Below the pieces are notes generated by a model. That model did not search any database and was not told the DNA's origin. It saw nothing but the letters and a program-made list of their open reading frames with translations. This document shows, piece by piece, positions 21,651 to 35,223 of a stretch of DNA of 64,000 bases. The translations under genes and the position numbers were made by a program. Origin of the DNA: Takakia lepidozioides (lineage: Eukaryota > Plantae > Bryophyta); the NCBI GenBank assembly GCA_030704615.1, contig CM060733.1, forward strand, positions 23,994,001 to 24,058,000. Direction: 5' to 3'. Every line of letters starts with the position of its first letter. Position 1 is the first letter of the stretch.

Positions 21651-23331
21651 GACAAGACAGTTGTTGGGCCCCACAGCCATGGTATATTCACCAACCCCAT
21701 CATCATGCACATATCCTCAAGTCAACCTAGACAAAGCATGGAAATTGGCGACCCCAAGACCACTCTGGGCACTATTGCCACCAACACACATACTACCGAT
21801 CCCAAACTTTGCAACACCCTCTCCTCTGAAATTCCCACCTCAACAATGCATATATACAGATGGCTCTCTCAAAGAGGCGCAAGCAGGGTATGGAACTTAT
21901 TCTGTTACAGATAACTTGAGATCATACAAAAGACTACCAAGACGCCAAAATGTCCTACGCGCAGAACTCATGGCTATCCATGATGCCATAAAAAATCTAA
22001 GACACCAACCCATAGACTCAACCTTTTACCTATTTACGGACAGTTTAGTCTCTCTCTACCTCCTCACCAATCAAATCCTCAAACCTTCTACACAAATACA
22101 CCATCCAGACCTTAACCTTAAGCAATAATTGATGTTACTTCATCCCTCCCGCTACAAATCCATATACATAAAGTTCGCTCCTATACATGCATATTAGGAA
22201 ATGACATTGCAGACGAGATGGCTCAGCTCGGCTCCATGCAGCCTTCTGTAAATCCCTCAGATGACCCTATTCACTTAGCACACGCACATCCATTATGGCT
22301 CGTCTCAACTACGGCAAGATTCCCTACTATCGCACCTATACGAGATCTATACACACATGTCACAAAGGAAACCAAACAACAAATCCAAGCATCCCGCACT
22401 TATATAAAATCATACATATCAAAATGGATGTCTTCCCCACACCTAATGCATGCCATGTCCAACCACTTTTGGACCTCTCCTATAATTACTGATGCCCAAT
22501 TCAGATAAACACTACGATTTCGATACGGCCAATACATGGATAATCAAAAGAAAAAATCTATACTGGCCTTTATTATACCCTAACAAACATTGCACATTAA
22601 GCCACGCACAACCCCCCAAAGTAGACACATGGCCACACTTGCTTCTCCATTGTAAGCACCCCATACTCCATGGATTATATATAACCAGACACAACCAAGG
22701 AGTTTGGTAACTTCAAAAACTTCTTCTGTCACATCCTAAATCCATATGGTTTAACCTCATCAATGCATGTACGTTTCAAGGTAGACCACCGGACCACACA
22801 ATACCTCCATGGCTTCTACCATGTACATGTCTCTATATGCCATGTCATTTACTAGCAAGGTTATGCGCTGATATTCTACTTATCCATGGACTACCTCTTT
22901 CATCAACAATACCAACAGGTCCACACCCCTCCCTCACCATTCATATAATAGAATTTACATTTTGTCATGATAGGGACCCTAACCAAACAATTATGTTTAA
23001 ACGTGAAAAATATGAACCACTCATCTTAGCCCTTCGTCACCATGGAGGGAACACTGCCCCTTTGACTATCATTACCGTTGGTGTCATAGGGGGAGCACAT
23101 TGCCACAACACTCAGGTTTTCAAATAAAACCTCAAACTTTCGTTAAAATACACCACCCCACTCCTACGCACCCTACACTTCACAGCTATTACGTCACTTA
23201 CAGCCTTAATCCTCAACAAAAGGAAAGATTGAAAGTGGCCAGCTTACCGCTACGTAACTAGTTCTGGAGCCCACCCCCGCAATAATAATTATTATTTTTT
23301 GAGGCTCTTATTTGCGCTAGCTCCGGCTGGC

Positions 23332-23335
<4 letters not shown>
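21650..23335 (+). mobile_element. 5'-truncated non-LTR retrotransposon with RNase H, CCHC and restriction-like endonuclease (Dualen/RandI-like), degenerate
   Basis: RNase H: IYTDGS, RAELMAI, FTDSL, HKVRS...GNDIADEMA. Then DTWPHLLLHC, RHNQGV, ADILL...IHIIEFTFCHD...KREKYEPL. Ends at a (TA)n tract. Confidence 0.7.

Positions 23336-23370
<35 letters not shown>
23335..23370. repeat. (TA)n microsatellite between two convergent LINEs
   Basis: About 18 TA units. Confidence 0.9.
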
Positions 23371-23373
<3 letters not shown>

Positions 23374-23479
23374 TTGTGGTTGGCTTGTGTGCCTTGTTCT
23401 TTGCTTGAATCCTTGCCCATCAAACTAGTGCATTCAAACATAGCAAAATCACTACTCACACAACAAAACCCTGCATAGC

Positions 23480-26400
23480 TTTATAAAAGGACCCAAGTGG
23501 GGTGACTGTACAAATTGGTGTAACTGTCCCTAAGAGGAAACAACCAAAGCTCGTAGAGCTAGATATATTAACACAAAGAAAGAAATCAAACTATTCTAGT
23601 ATCACCTACAGCCTGAAGAAGGTCAGACAACAGGAAAGAAGGTGGATCAGAGAGTGCGGGGAGGCGAGATGAAGCCGCCCCAACAACCTCTGCCCGACGT
23701 AAAATAGATTGAGCTTGAGCCTTTTGCAAAGCAACAGAAACTCGTTGTCTAAAGAAAGCTACAAGAACAGAGGCGTATGGGCTTCCAAGGCTTTTGTTTT
23801 CTGCTGCACGATGGGCACAGGTGCGAAGGAACTCGTTGAACTGATGATGCAAACAACCAAAGATCCGACTGCCAAAGGAAGGAATGTGTCTGTGGAATGA
23901 CGTGCCCGATAGTCATGCTCCTTTCCCTACGTAGGTACTGAAACAACAACTCCCTGTGATGAGGTTGTGCGGGGCAGGAGATCCGACCTAGTAGGATCTG
24001 CGATGACAACGTCCGCCAATGTACGCAGTCCGTCCTGTGAGAGAACAATGTCAACCCGTCGTCGAGTGGAATGGTGATTGTGGGTCGATGGGAGTATGTG
24101 CACCTGCTCTCGAATGACATGTATCCCAGCATCACGAGTAACCACAACTGCTACATCCCGGACGACGTCATGCGTCGCAGTGCGTTCTCCACCGCAGGGG
24201 CAACGAAGAAGACGTACGTCGAGTGATTCGAGAGGATGGCGACAAACACACTGTTGTAGTCCTAACACAGAGGGATGCGGAAGACCCAGTCGAACTCGTA
24301 GGGAGGTGGTAAATACAGCAGAAGACATATGGAAGGGTGCAATGGTTGGTCGTACCGTGAGCCACGCGCCTGCTCCGGGCCCTGCGCACGAGAGAAGTCT
24401 GGCCCAATGTGCATCTGAAGGAGCGTCGGAAAGCATGCTGGAAAATGAGTGTCGGTGCACGCGTTCCATGATGGTATCCTGTAAATGCTCCAGACCTTGA
24501 GTGACCAACTATTCAAAGGGTGACTGACAAGCCCGTGCTGGTGTTGGGATGAGATCCCGCGCTGAACGAAGATGTTGCTAGAAGGACAAAGAGCCATCGT
24601 CGATGTGGGCAACCACCTCCATGAGAAAAGGGCGTTGCTGACACAGAAACCGAGATGCCAAGGCTGGAGCGACTAAAGCCCAATTACCTAGGAAGGCAGC
24701 AGGGGCAGCGACAACTGTGGATAGTAAACCCACTCCTCCAGAAGAGATCAGGAGGGTAGCCTGACGACATGCCAAGGGCCCCTGCTCACTATCAAATGCA
24801 CTTGGGCCTAATAGACGACCAAAAATCCCCAGTTGTATCAAAAGAAGACAGAAGCTCCACAAACTGGGGAGTGGGGGGGAAACAACGCAAAAGATAAGAA
24901 GGTCGCTGTAAAAAGCATTTGGTGAGAATGCCATGGGCTACCTACATATCGCCTAGTTTGGGAAGAAGCTCTATATGGCTTGTATCCTGTAGCAAAGCGT
25001 CTTGGAGGAAAGATGTTGTGTAAGGGGTACTACCAAAGGGAACACCTAACACTCGAATACCCTCAGATGGTGTTAGAAAGTCGACAGGGGGCACGAAATC
25101 TGAAGGCAGACTAAAGGGTGACCAAACTGTGGATTTGCGAGATTGAACAGTGAGCCCAAGAGAGTGAAGTTGGGTAGCAAAGTGATGGAAAGCCAAAAGG
25201 ATATCAGTGGGAGGGCCAGTGATGTGGGTATCATCAGCAATAGAAGGAAATATACAGGATTGGAAGGCTTGCGCAGATGAGCGCAGGGCTCGGAAGTGGG
25301 CAAAAGCAAAAAGAGGTCCCCCTAATGGATCGCCCTGATGGGTTCCTACTTCGGACTGGATTATAGAAAGATCGCCGGTATGGATGTGATGACTTTAAAA
25401 CAAAGGGGTGGAGGAAGCATAAAACAATCTCACAAAGGGAATGAGTTGATGGCAGGTGCCGCCGGCTGATTGCACTTCTTGACATATTGCTGATTTGGAC
25501 ACCGTGTTGAAGGCATTGGTCACATCCACTAGAAGGACGACCCAGTCTGGATGAAGGTCAAGGGAAGCCCGAATCCCATGCACCACCGCTTCACAACCTC
25601 CCGGAGTAGCGACCCCAAACTGATGGGGAGAAAAGTGAGAAGAAAAGACCTCCCGAAACTGGATGCAGATAGAGCGGCTCACCAAACGATACAGAACCTC
25701 CCCTACTGCAATAGGACAAATCCCACCTGTGCTCTTGGACATGGCCAAGAGCCGTGCTACTCCAAGCAAACGTGCTACTCCAAGCAAACGTGCTACTGGG
25801 GTAGGTATATGTCCCATCGCAATGAAAGAGCAAACTTGGAACAGCTGGGAAAAGCCACTAGCAGAGTCATGAGGATTGAGACAGTCATGGAGGTGTTCAT
25901 ACGTGAAGGATGTCGTTCGCACTGGGGTGGAGATTCTCCAAAGCTGTGACAGTATCAGCCATAGGCGGTGCTGGGGTAAGAGGAGCAAGAGCTCAAGCTG
26001 CACGGGAATACTCTCCTGCCCGGCCTAGCATAAGACTCCGACAAAGACGCATGTGGATGGATGGAGTGGCTTGGTGTGGGCAATCATGAGCTATTCGCGC
26101 CGCAAGTGCTTGTGCACGTAGATAATGTTCGTCTTGAAGGGTTTCCCAGTCCCTAGAGAGAAATCTACGAAGACGGGCACGCGTCTCTCGATGTCCGGAT
26201 TCACCACCACGTGGAGGCAAAACTAGACACCATAGAGGAAAAAGCAGAAAAAGGTGCCAAGCAGCAATGTCGTAAGGGTCCCAAGCAAGGCGGTCCAAGG
26301 GTAAGCAAAAAGCATGTTGTACCTCTCTGCGAAGCGCCATTGGGATGCGTGTATAGAGCCGGGGATGGGGCAAACCCAAATGAAATGCTCTCAAAACATC

Positions 26401-27400
26401 AAGGGTCACAATCCAAAGCCATGCCTGGGTAGAAGGAGCTACTAACGGGGTAGGCAAATGACTGTCCGGAGAAGACTGATTGAGTGTAGAACACGTGTGC
26501 CGATGACGTGCAAGCCCCCTGATACGGGCAAACATCCGACCACAGCCTGGACAAGGCACTCGGTCTAGTGAAGAAGATGGTGGTGGTGGTGCTGGTGGGA
26601 GATAAGATGGAGCAAAAGAACGGACGGTCTGATCAGGTGAACCTGTCCGCTGTCTAGGAGGAGGTGGCAAGCCAGGTGGAGAGGTAAGCTCTGTGGGAGG
26701 CCGCCGTGAACCTGAAAGGCGAATCGGGGAAGGGCCACTGGCCCCTTGATTTGGAGTTGTTGTGCCTCGCTTGGGGTTGTCCGGTATCATTCCTGTAGAG
26801 CTGTGACCTTGGGTAGAGTGGGAGGTTTCACCATTAGCAACGCTTCCTCTCCCCCGTGGATGAGGGCTGTTGTGACCGGAGAGGGAGGGTGTAGCACTAC
26901 TCTTGGCCCCATTTCTACTGCTCCTAGGATTGTCTTGCAGTTGTGCCATCAGAGACCTTTGCAATCTTCACCAGTTTGGAAATCATACCCTTCTGCCTTC
27001 AAATGCACCTTTTCTCTACATCTTTCGGATCGTGTTTGAACCATGTTGATTCGGGACAGGTCTCTCTCCTCATTCACCATGTGTCGCTGCTCCTTGCCAA
27101 CCAGCACCCCTCGGCAGATATTCCATGCTGCCATCATGTTGATCCACTTACTCGTATCTTTAGTTGCAATGACAGTGGCTTGGTTCGCCATTGTGTTTGC
27201 AGCCCGAAGGTCATCCCACACCTGCTCACAATGCTCTAATGCCAAATCATCTATTCGTTATCATCCTTGTGCTCTATCTGAAGATGCAAAACTTTCTCTT
27301 GCCTCCCCTTATGAAGGAGCTACGACAAACTTATTGAGATTCTTGTCACTTTGAAAGCACCCACTCGATCGACAATATGCTAAATATAGAGTTATTTAAG
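23480..27400 (-). mobile_element. CRE-clade-like (RLE) non-LTR retrotransposon, degenerate; ends approximate
   Basis: C2H2-like CPGCGRMFARIRGLARHRHTC; RT PIAVGEVLYRL, QFGVATPGGCE, DVTNAFN, QGDPLG, ADD; AGAWL..P; RLE THDVVRD..RVDIV..LADVVIADP; QRVSVALQKAQA. Many frameshifts. Confidence 0.85.
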
Positions 27401-27784
27401 GCTAAGTGGTTAACCAAAGAGAATCTCTCCTTAATATGGTCGATGACATCTTCACTTGACACTCAGCTTGCGTCTCTCACAGGGCCCCTCATTTCTGGAA
27501 TGCACTCACCCTACCATTTCCAAGTGCATTTGCAACCCAAGTGGAGTCAATGCAACTTCATGTGTGCTTACATATGTCCAATTAGTTGCGAGTGCCAGAA
27601 TTTTCCTATAGGGTCATGTGACATAAGGATGTGAAGATGCATAAGAACAATATACGTGGGGCTGAAATGAAGCATGATATGTCATGGCAACAGGAGGATT
27701 TCAACTGTTGGCACCAATGTCATTGTGGTCAAATAAGAAACGGGGGAATGTACACAGAATGCACCTTTCCACAATAACAACTGT

Positions 27785-30605
27785 TCACCGGTAATCCCCA
27801 CAAGAACAAACCCCATCTTCAAAGTGATGAAAGCGGTTAGCTTCCCGTACAACAATTGCTCGGCCAAAAATCTTTGAGATGAATTTGGTGGAGGTGTGCC
27901 AGTCACCACACACCCAAAGATTGTTGATGAGACGGAGAGGCGTCCTAGGGGTCGTGCTGATGAGCCCAAAACCAATGACCAGCTTCTCACTGTGGTGACA
28001 AAGAGAAAATTCATTTTGCTCCACGTAATACAAAGTGTGTAAGGCGCATACCCTGCCTCCACCTGCCAACTGCAGCATAGATGTTTGATAGCAACACATA
28101 AGTCACAGCATCTTGGCCATCCACTTAGAATAGATGTTGCCGCAGGTTCAACCATCTCCACATTGCCATGGCTTCTGCAGGCACCAAGCAAGGCTATCCA
28201 CACCACAACATCTGGTTCCATTCGCATTTTAGTATTGAGGTCCTCTGCTTCATCCAATTGCCCGCACGTCCAAGAAGGTCCACCATGCAGCCAAAGTGCT
28301 TTACCGTCGGAGTCACACCGTGATCTGGACTCAGGGAATCGAAGTAGCATCTTCCTTCATCCAGTAGGCCAGCATGGCTGCATGCAGATAGAAACATAGA
28401 GAATAGTTGCAGGACCTCCCTATGACAACCATGCTGGGCATATCCTACGATCATCGCCCTCCACGACAGCATACCTCATTCAACCATATTGTCAGATACT
28501 CCCTTTGCATCCTCAATGCTGACATTTGGCATACATGTCCACCAGGGCAGTGTCCAGAATGACATCTGGTACAATTCCGGCTTTGATGATGTCACCATGG
28601 ACCTCTTTGCCATTTTCTAGGCCTGCCAGGCTTGCACAAGTACACCGCAAGCACTGGGGTCAGAAAAGTATTCACTCCACAGCTTTTCCTCATCTCTGTT
28701 ACCTGTTTCTGGATACTTTCCTATTGTCACATTGGCACATTTGGCATACATGTCCACGAGGGTATTGCTCAGAATCACATCTTGTACAATTCCAGCTTTG
28801 GCGATGGAACCATGCACCTCTTTGCCCTTCTCCAGGGCCGTCAGGCTTGCACACGCATACCCTGCAAGCATCGCGTTCCACGACACCACATCTCGTTCAA
28901 CCATACTGTCGATCACTCCCTTCATACATGTCCACGAGGGTATTGTTCAGAATGACATGTGGTACAATTGCAGTTCTGACAATGTCGCCATGGAGCTCTT
29001 TGCCCTTCTCTAGAGCTGCCAGGCTTGCACACGCATTGCAAACTATCAAAGGTTCACTCAACCAGTAACTTGCAGAAATCAACATGAAAACTTAAGGCCG
29101 ATTTCGATAAGAGGGAAAAACAGGGTGAAATGTTTTGAAGAAGGTGCCTTCATTAGCAGTGCCTGATTTTATCAATTGTGCCGCTGCTGTTGCTGATAAC
29201 AACACATAAGTCGCGACATCTTGTTCATCCCACTTGAGAGTAGATGTTGCAGCACGTTCAGCCATCTCCACATTGCCATGGATTCTGCAGGCACCAAGCA
29301 AGGCCCTCCAAACCATAGCATTTGGTTTCATTGGCATTTTGTTAATAAGCTCCTCTGCCTCATCCAATTGCCCCACGTGTCCAGTACTAGACTGTCGGAG
29401 AGACACCATAATCTTGATTCATGGAATCAAAGTGACGTCTGCCTTCATCTAGTAGGCCAGTGTGGCTAACATGAACCCTGAAGAAAACCAGTAGGCCTGC
29501 AGTTCATGGCAGATCTGAGCTGCCTCCTTCTAAACCGTGATCTCATTACAAAAAGGGGCTTCCGAAGAGAACACATATAAAGGTGATACTGTCCGGCTTC
29601 AAGCTTTCCGTTTGCATTCCTTCAAATAGTTGCAGGGCTTCCCTATGACGACCATGTTGGGCATATCCTACAATCATAGCATTCCAGGACGCCACATCTC
29701 ATTAGGCCATATTGTTGAACATTCCCTTTGCATCCTCCATGCTCCCACATTTGGCATGCATGTCCACGAGGGCATTGTTCAGAGTAACATTTGGTAGAAT
29801 ACCGGCTCTGACAATGTCACCATGGACCTCTTTGCCCTTTTCCAAGGCTGCCAGGCTTGCACATGCATTGCAAACACAAACAAACGTGATATGGTTGGGG
29901 CTTCATCTCTTCCTCCATCATTTTCTCATATGTCTGCAAAAGCCTCAATCCCGCGCCCCTGTTGTGCATATCCTGCAATCATGACACCACATCGCCTTCA
30001 GCCATAGTGTCGAACACTCCCTTTGAATATTCAATGCTCCCACATTTGGCATACATGTCCCCAAGGGTACTGTGCAAAATAACATCTGGTACACTTCCAG
30101 CTTTGACGATGTCACCATGGACCTCTTTGCCCTTTTCGAGAGTTGCCAAGCTTGCACATGCTTTGCAAACACAACCAAACGTGATGCCGTTGGGCTTCAC
30201 CCCTTGCCACATCATCTGCTCAAAGGTCTCCAAAGCCTCCATCCCGCGTCCTTGATGTGCATATCCTGCAATCATCGCGTTCCATGACACCACAATTTGT
30301 TCAGCCATATTGTCAACAACCCCTGTGCATCTTCAATGCTCCCACATTTGGCATACACGTCCACCAGGGCAGTGTTCAGAATGACGTCTAGTACTATTCC
30401 AGCTTTGACGATATCACCATGGACCTCTTTGCCCTTTTCCAAGGCTTCCGGGCTCGCACATGCAAACGCAAACAAACGTGATATGGTTGGGCTTCACCCC
30501 TCCGCGCATCATTTGCTCATAGGTCTCCAAAGCCTCCATCCCACACCCGTGCTGTGCATATCTTGCGATCATCGCGTTCCATGACACCACATTTCGTTCA
30601 GCCAA
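27785..30605 (-). pseudogene. Rearranged PLS-PPR-E-DYW pseudogene(s), head-to-head with the intact copy
   Basis: Frameshifted P-L-S repeats (VVSWNAMIAGYA, LEKGKEVHGDIVK, VDMYAKCGSIE); two E-region copies; PDF linker remnant at ~29060-29190; DYW decayed (CGDC to CGDW, DYW to DYR). Confidence 0.9.
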
Positions 30606-30963
30606 ACTTCTTCACCTCATACATTAAGAGATGGGATACCATGTAAGGTATGCATGGGGGATGGAGGGCGATGCCATGCATGAGGGCAGGATGGGAGGAG
30701 GGATGGGGATGCGGGAGAGGGCACGTCTCATGTCCTGGCAGCGGGAACATGAGGCGCGGGAGGGCGTGCCGCGCGGCAGCGGCCGCGCGGTGTGCGGGCG
30801 ATGGAGGCGGGGGTGGGCGTGGGGTGGCGGGGGGTCCACGCTGGCTGAACCGGCTCCCTCGCATTCAACTCCAGGGCCCCATCTAATGCTTGGCGAAGGA
30901 AAGAGTATGATAGTTCACACTTCACAGCTGTGCTTGATCCTTGGAGCTGGATGATCGTTTCCC

Positions 30964-33900
30964 ATGTATAGAGCTGAAAGCGGCATCCCCTTGGCAATGC
31001 GCAGAGGACGGAGTCGCTTGCATAGGGTGGCTATGGCGCCTTCAGGGATGCCATTCAAATTAGGTGAGAACACGAGACACTTTACCTTTTCTGGGGTCGC
31101 TGGTGTTGTATGTGTGCGCCGTCGGGAATTGTCTTTTGCGCAATTCAGCAGTAACGAATGTACTCCGGGCACAGAAGCAAGAAAGCGCACGGGATCGTTA
31201 GACAAGGCTGATAATTGGTATATCTGGCGCGTAGTTGCCTGGCGCACGGAACAGCGCTGGCAGGAGTTCTTTAATAAGGAGCCTTTACATTGGTGGGACA
31301 GTAGCATTGACAAGGTGAGATTTCTCCATGTAGGATGAGGAGGAGTCTGAGGGAGATTGACTGAGCTCTCGTATGATCGGATTGTGTGGTCTGGATTGTA
31401 CCCCTAGTTGTTGAGTGAAGTTAGAATCTCGTTTTGCTCTGCAAAAACTGCTTTTACCGTCCATATCGCAGGTCGTTCTTCTGAGCAGGGCATGAAAGTA
31501 GGATGCACAAGGAGACGAGGAGAAGGAGACGAGGAGAAGCCTTGGAAGGAATATCAGTCAATGGGTTTAGAACTCAGTCAATGGTTGGACAATCGAGGGA
31601 AACAGGTGAATGCCTGTTAGATTACCGAGAGAAGCACACAGCAAGATGCTTCGAAAATCTTTCCTGGAAACTGTGATCCCCTCTTCCCCAAGCACATTGT
31701 TAAAGTCTTGGGAGCAATTCAGCATAGGAACTAGTGTGTGATAGGTAGGGTGGGGATGTTTGCTAGAACAAATCTGGCTGTCTTTGTCAGTGGCAAGGCT
31801 AGGGTCTATACATGATTGGTGCAGAGGCAGGGCTAGCTAAAGGAGCAGGGATGGAGTGTCATCCTAGAGGGCCAGATTTCAAGCATAAAATTAATTATGA
31901 TTCCGTGTGGATCGATAGCTACAAGAAACCTGCATGGGTAGATGGTCAACTGGAAGCAGCAGCAGCAGCAGCACAATGGATAAATTCAGGCACTGCTGAT
32001 GAGGCACCTTCTTCAACACATTTCAGCCTGTGTTGCGCTCTTATCAGAGTCGTCCCTAATTTTTCATGTTGAATACTGCAAGTCATTGGGTGGATCTATG
32101 GTGGTTTAGAGTGATTTGCTTACAAGTTACTGCCAATGTGGCAACAGGAATGTATCCAAAAACTGATAACAGAGAGAAGGAGAAGCGTTCGAACGATTAT
32201 TTTTCACACTCCAGTCAATGGTGGGACAATCGAGGCAAAAAGGTGACGCCTGTTAGATAGCAGAGAGAATCAGAAAACAAGATACAATGCAAAGTTTCGC
32301 TAGATATTGTCATCCTCTCTCTCCCCAGCTCATTTTTAAAGTTGTGAGCAATTCAGCATAGGAGCTAGTGTGCAATAAGTAGGGCTTGGGTGTTTGCTCA
32401 AACAAATTCGGCTGTCTTTGCCAGCTGCTAGCAGCAAGGCAAGGATCTATACATCATTTGTGCAGAGGCAGGGATAGCTGACGGAGCAGGGATAGAGTGT
32501 GGGTCCAGATTCATTCAAGAGGGCCGGAATTCAAGCACAAAGTTAACTATGGTTCCCTGTGGATCAATTGCTACAAGAAACCTGCATGGGTAGATGGTCA
32601 ACTGGAAGCAGCAGCACAATTTATAAAATCAGGCACCTCGACCATGAGCACAGCTTCCAAAAGAGGAACAAGAGAGGTCTACAATGCCTCTTCTGGCACT
32701 TCTGGGCATGTGAGGATGCTATGTGAGGCAGGGCGACTGAAAGAGGCTCTACAGACTTTAAACCAAGGAGGCATTTCAGCAGATTCAGATACTTATGTCT
32801 GTCTCTTGCAGAAGTGCATCAAGATGAAAGGCCTGGAATACGGGAAGCAGGTGCACGCTCACATTATCCAGCGGGGATTGAAGCCAAACATTTTTCTCCA
32901 CAACACCCTTGTCAACATGTATGTGAAGTGCGGGAGCATCGTGAATGCACACCAAGTGTTCAACAGAATGCCTGAACGAGGTTTGATCACGTGGAATATA
33001 ATGATGGCAGGATTCACCAAGCATGGGTGTGGTAGGAATGCTTTAGAGACATATGAGCAAATGATGCGGGAAGGGGTGAAGCCTGACCGGGTCACATTCG
33101 TTTGTGTTTGCAATGCGTGTGCGCAATTGGCAGCCCTGGAAAAGGGCAAAGTGGTCCATGGAGACATTGTCAAAGCTGGAATCGCACCAGATGCCATTCT
33201 GAACACTGCCCTGATGAACATGTATGCCAAATGTGGGAGCATCGAGGCTGCAAAGGGAGTGTTCGATAATATGGCTGAACGAGATGTGGTGTCCTGGAGT
33301 GCTATGATTGCAGGATATGGGCAGCATGGGTATGGGATGGAGGCTTTGGAGGTCTATGAGCAAATGATGCGGGAGGGGGTGAACCCCGACCATATCACGT
33401 TTGTTTGCGTTTGCAACGCATGTGCAAGCCTGGCAGCCCTGGAAAAGGGCAAAGAGGTCCATGGTGACATCATCAAATCTGGAATTGTACCAGATGTTGT
33501 TCTGAACACGGCTCTGATGAACATGTATGCCAAATGTGGGAACATCAAGGATGCAAAGGGAGTGTTTGACCATATGGCCAAACGAGATGTGGTGTCATGG
33601 AACACAATGATCACAGGATATGTGCAGCATGGGTGTGGGATGGAGGCTTTGGAGACCTATGAGCAAATGATGCAGGAAGGGGTGAAGCCCAACCAGATCA
33701 CATTTGTTTGCATTTGCAATGCTTGTGCGAGCTTGGCAGCCCTGGAAAAGGGCAAAGGGGTCCATGGTGACATCATCAAAGCTGGAATTGTCCCAGATAT
33801 CATTCTGAACACTGCCTTGGTGGACATGTATGCCAAATGTGGGAGCATTGAAGACGGCAAAGAGGTCCATGGTGACATCATCAAAGCTGGAATTGTACCA

Positions 33901-35223
33901 GATGTTGTTCTGAGCACTGCTCTGATGGACATGTACGCCAAATGTGGCAGCATCGAGGATGCTAAGGGAGTGCTTGACCACATGGCCAAACGAGATGTGG
34001 TGTCCTGGAGTGCTATGATTGCAGGATATGCGCAGCATGGGTGTGGGATGGAGGCTTTGGAGACCTATGAGCAAATGATGCAGGAAGGAGTGAAGCCCAA
34101 CCACATCACGTTCATTTGCGTTTGCAATGCATGTGCGAGCTTGGCAGCCCTGGAAAAAGGCAAAGAGGTCCATGATCAAATGGTCAATGCTGGAATTGTA
34201 CCGGATGTCAATCTGAACACTGCCCTGGTGGACATGTATGCCAAATGTGGGTGCATCGAGGATGCAAAGGGAGTGTTCAACAATATGGCTGAACGAGATG
34301 TGGTGTCATGGAATGCAATGATCGCAGGATATGCACAGCATGGTTATCATATGGAGGCCCTGCAACTATTAGAAGAGATGCAAGTGGAAGGCTTGAAGCT
34401 GGACAGTATCACTTTTCTATGTGTTCTCTCTGCATGTAGCCATGCTGGCCTAGTGGATGAAGGCAAATACTACTTTGACTCTCTGAGTCAAGACCATGGC
34501 ATCGCTCCAGCAGTGGAGCACTTTGGCTCCATGGTGGACCTGTTTGGCCGTGCGGGGCGATTGGATGAGGCAGAGGACTTCATTAAGAAAATGCCAATGA
34601 AGCCAACTGCTGTGGTTTGGAGGGCCTTGCTCGGTGCCTGCAGAATCCATGGCAATGTGGAGATGGCTGAACGTGCAGCAACATCTATTTTCAAGTGGGA
34701 TGAACAGGACGCCACAACTTATGTGTTGCTATCAAACATCTACGCTACAGCTGGCAGGTGGGAGGATAGTGAAAAGGTGAGGAAAATGATGAAGGTCAGA
34801 GGGGTTCGAAGGGAGCCAGGTCGCTGCTGCATTGAGGTCGGCAACAGGGTGCACAGCTTTGTTGTAGATGACAAATTGCATCCAAAAATTGGGGAAATCC
34901 ATGCTGAGCTGAGAAGATTGTCTGGGCAGATGGAGGCGGCGGGGTATGTGCCCGACACGCGCTTTGTATTTCATGATGTGGGGGAGGAGCAAAAGGAATT
35001 TTCTCGTTGTCACCACAGTGAGAAGCTGGCCATTGCTTTTGGGCTAATCAGCACAGCCCCTAGTACACCTCTCCGTCTCATCAAGAGTCTTCGGGTATGT
35101 GGTGACTGCCACACCTCCACCAAGTTCATCTCAAAGATTGTTGGCCGAGCAATTGTTGTGCGGGATGCTAACCGCTTGCACCACTTTGAAGAGGGGGTTT
35201 GTTCTTGTGGGGATTACTGGTGA
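30964..35223 (+). CDS. PDF-motif + PLS-class PPR-E1-E2-DYW C-to-U RNA-editing factor (exon 1 30964-31314; last exon 32509-35223; optional PDF exons between)
   Basis: 908-aa open frame with P-L-S triplets, P2-L2-S2, E1, E2, PG box, HSEKLA, CGDCH and terminal DYW. N-terminal GPEFKHK..LWI..KPAWVDGQL. Phase-0 donors at 31314, 31605 and 32242; phase-0 acceptor at 32508. Exon 1 is Arg/Ser/Ala-rich like a transit peptide. The splicing model is inferred. Confidence 0.88.

Noticed and set aside
32785-35016. Antisense ORFs over the PPR gene (and over pol)
   Set aside because: Shadow frames of repetitive coding sequence.
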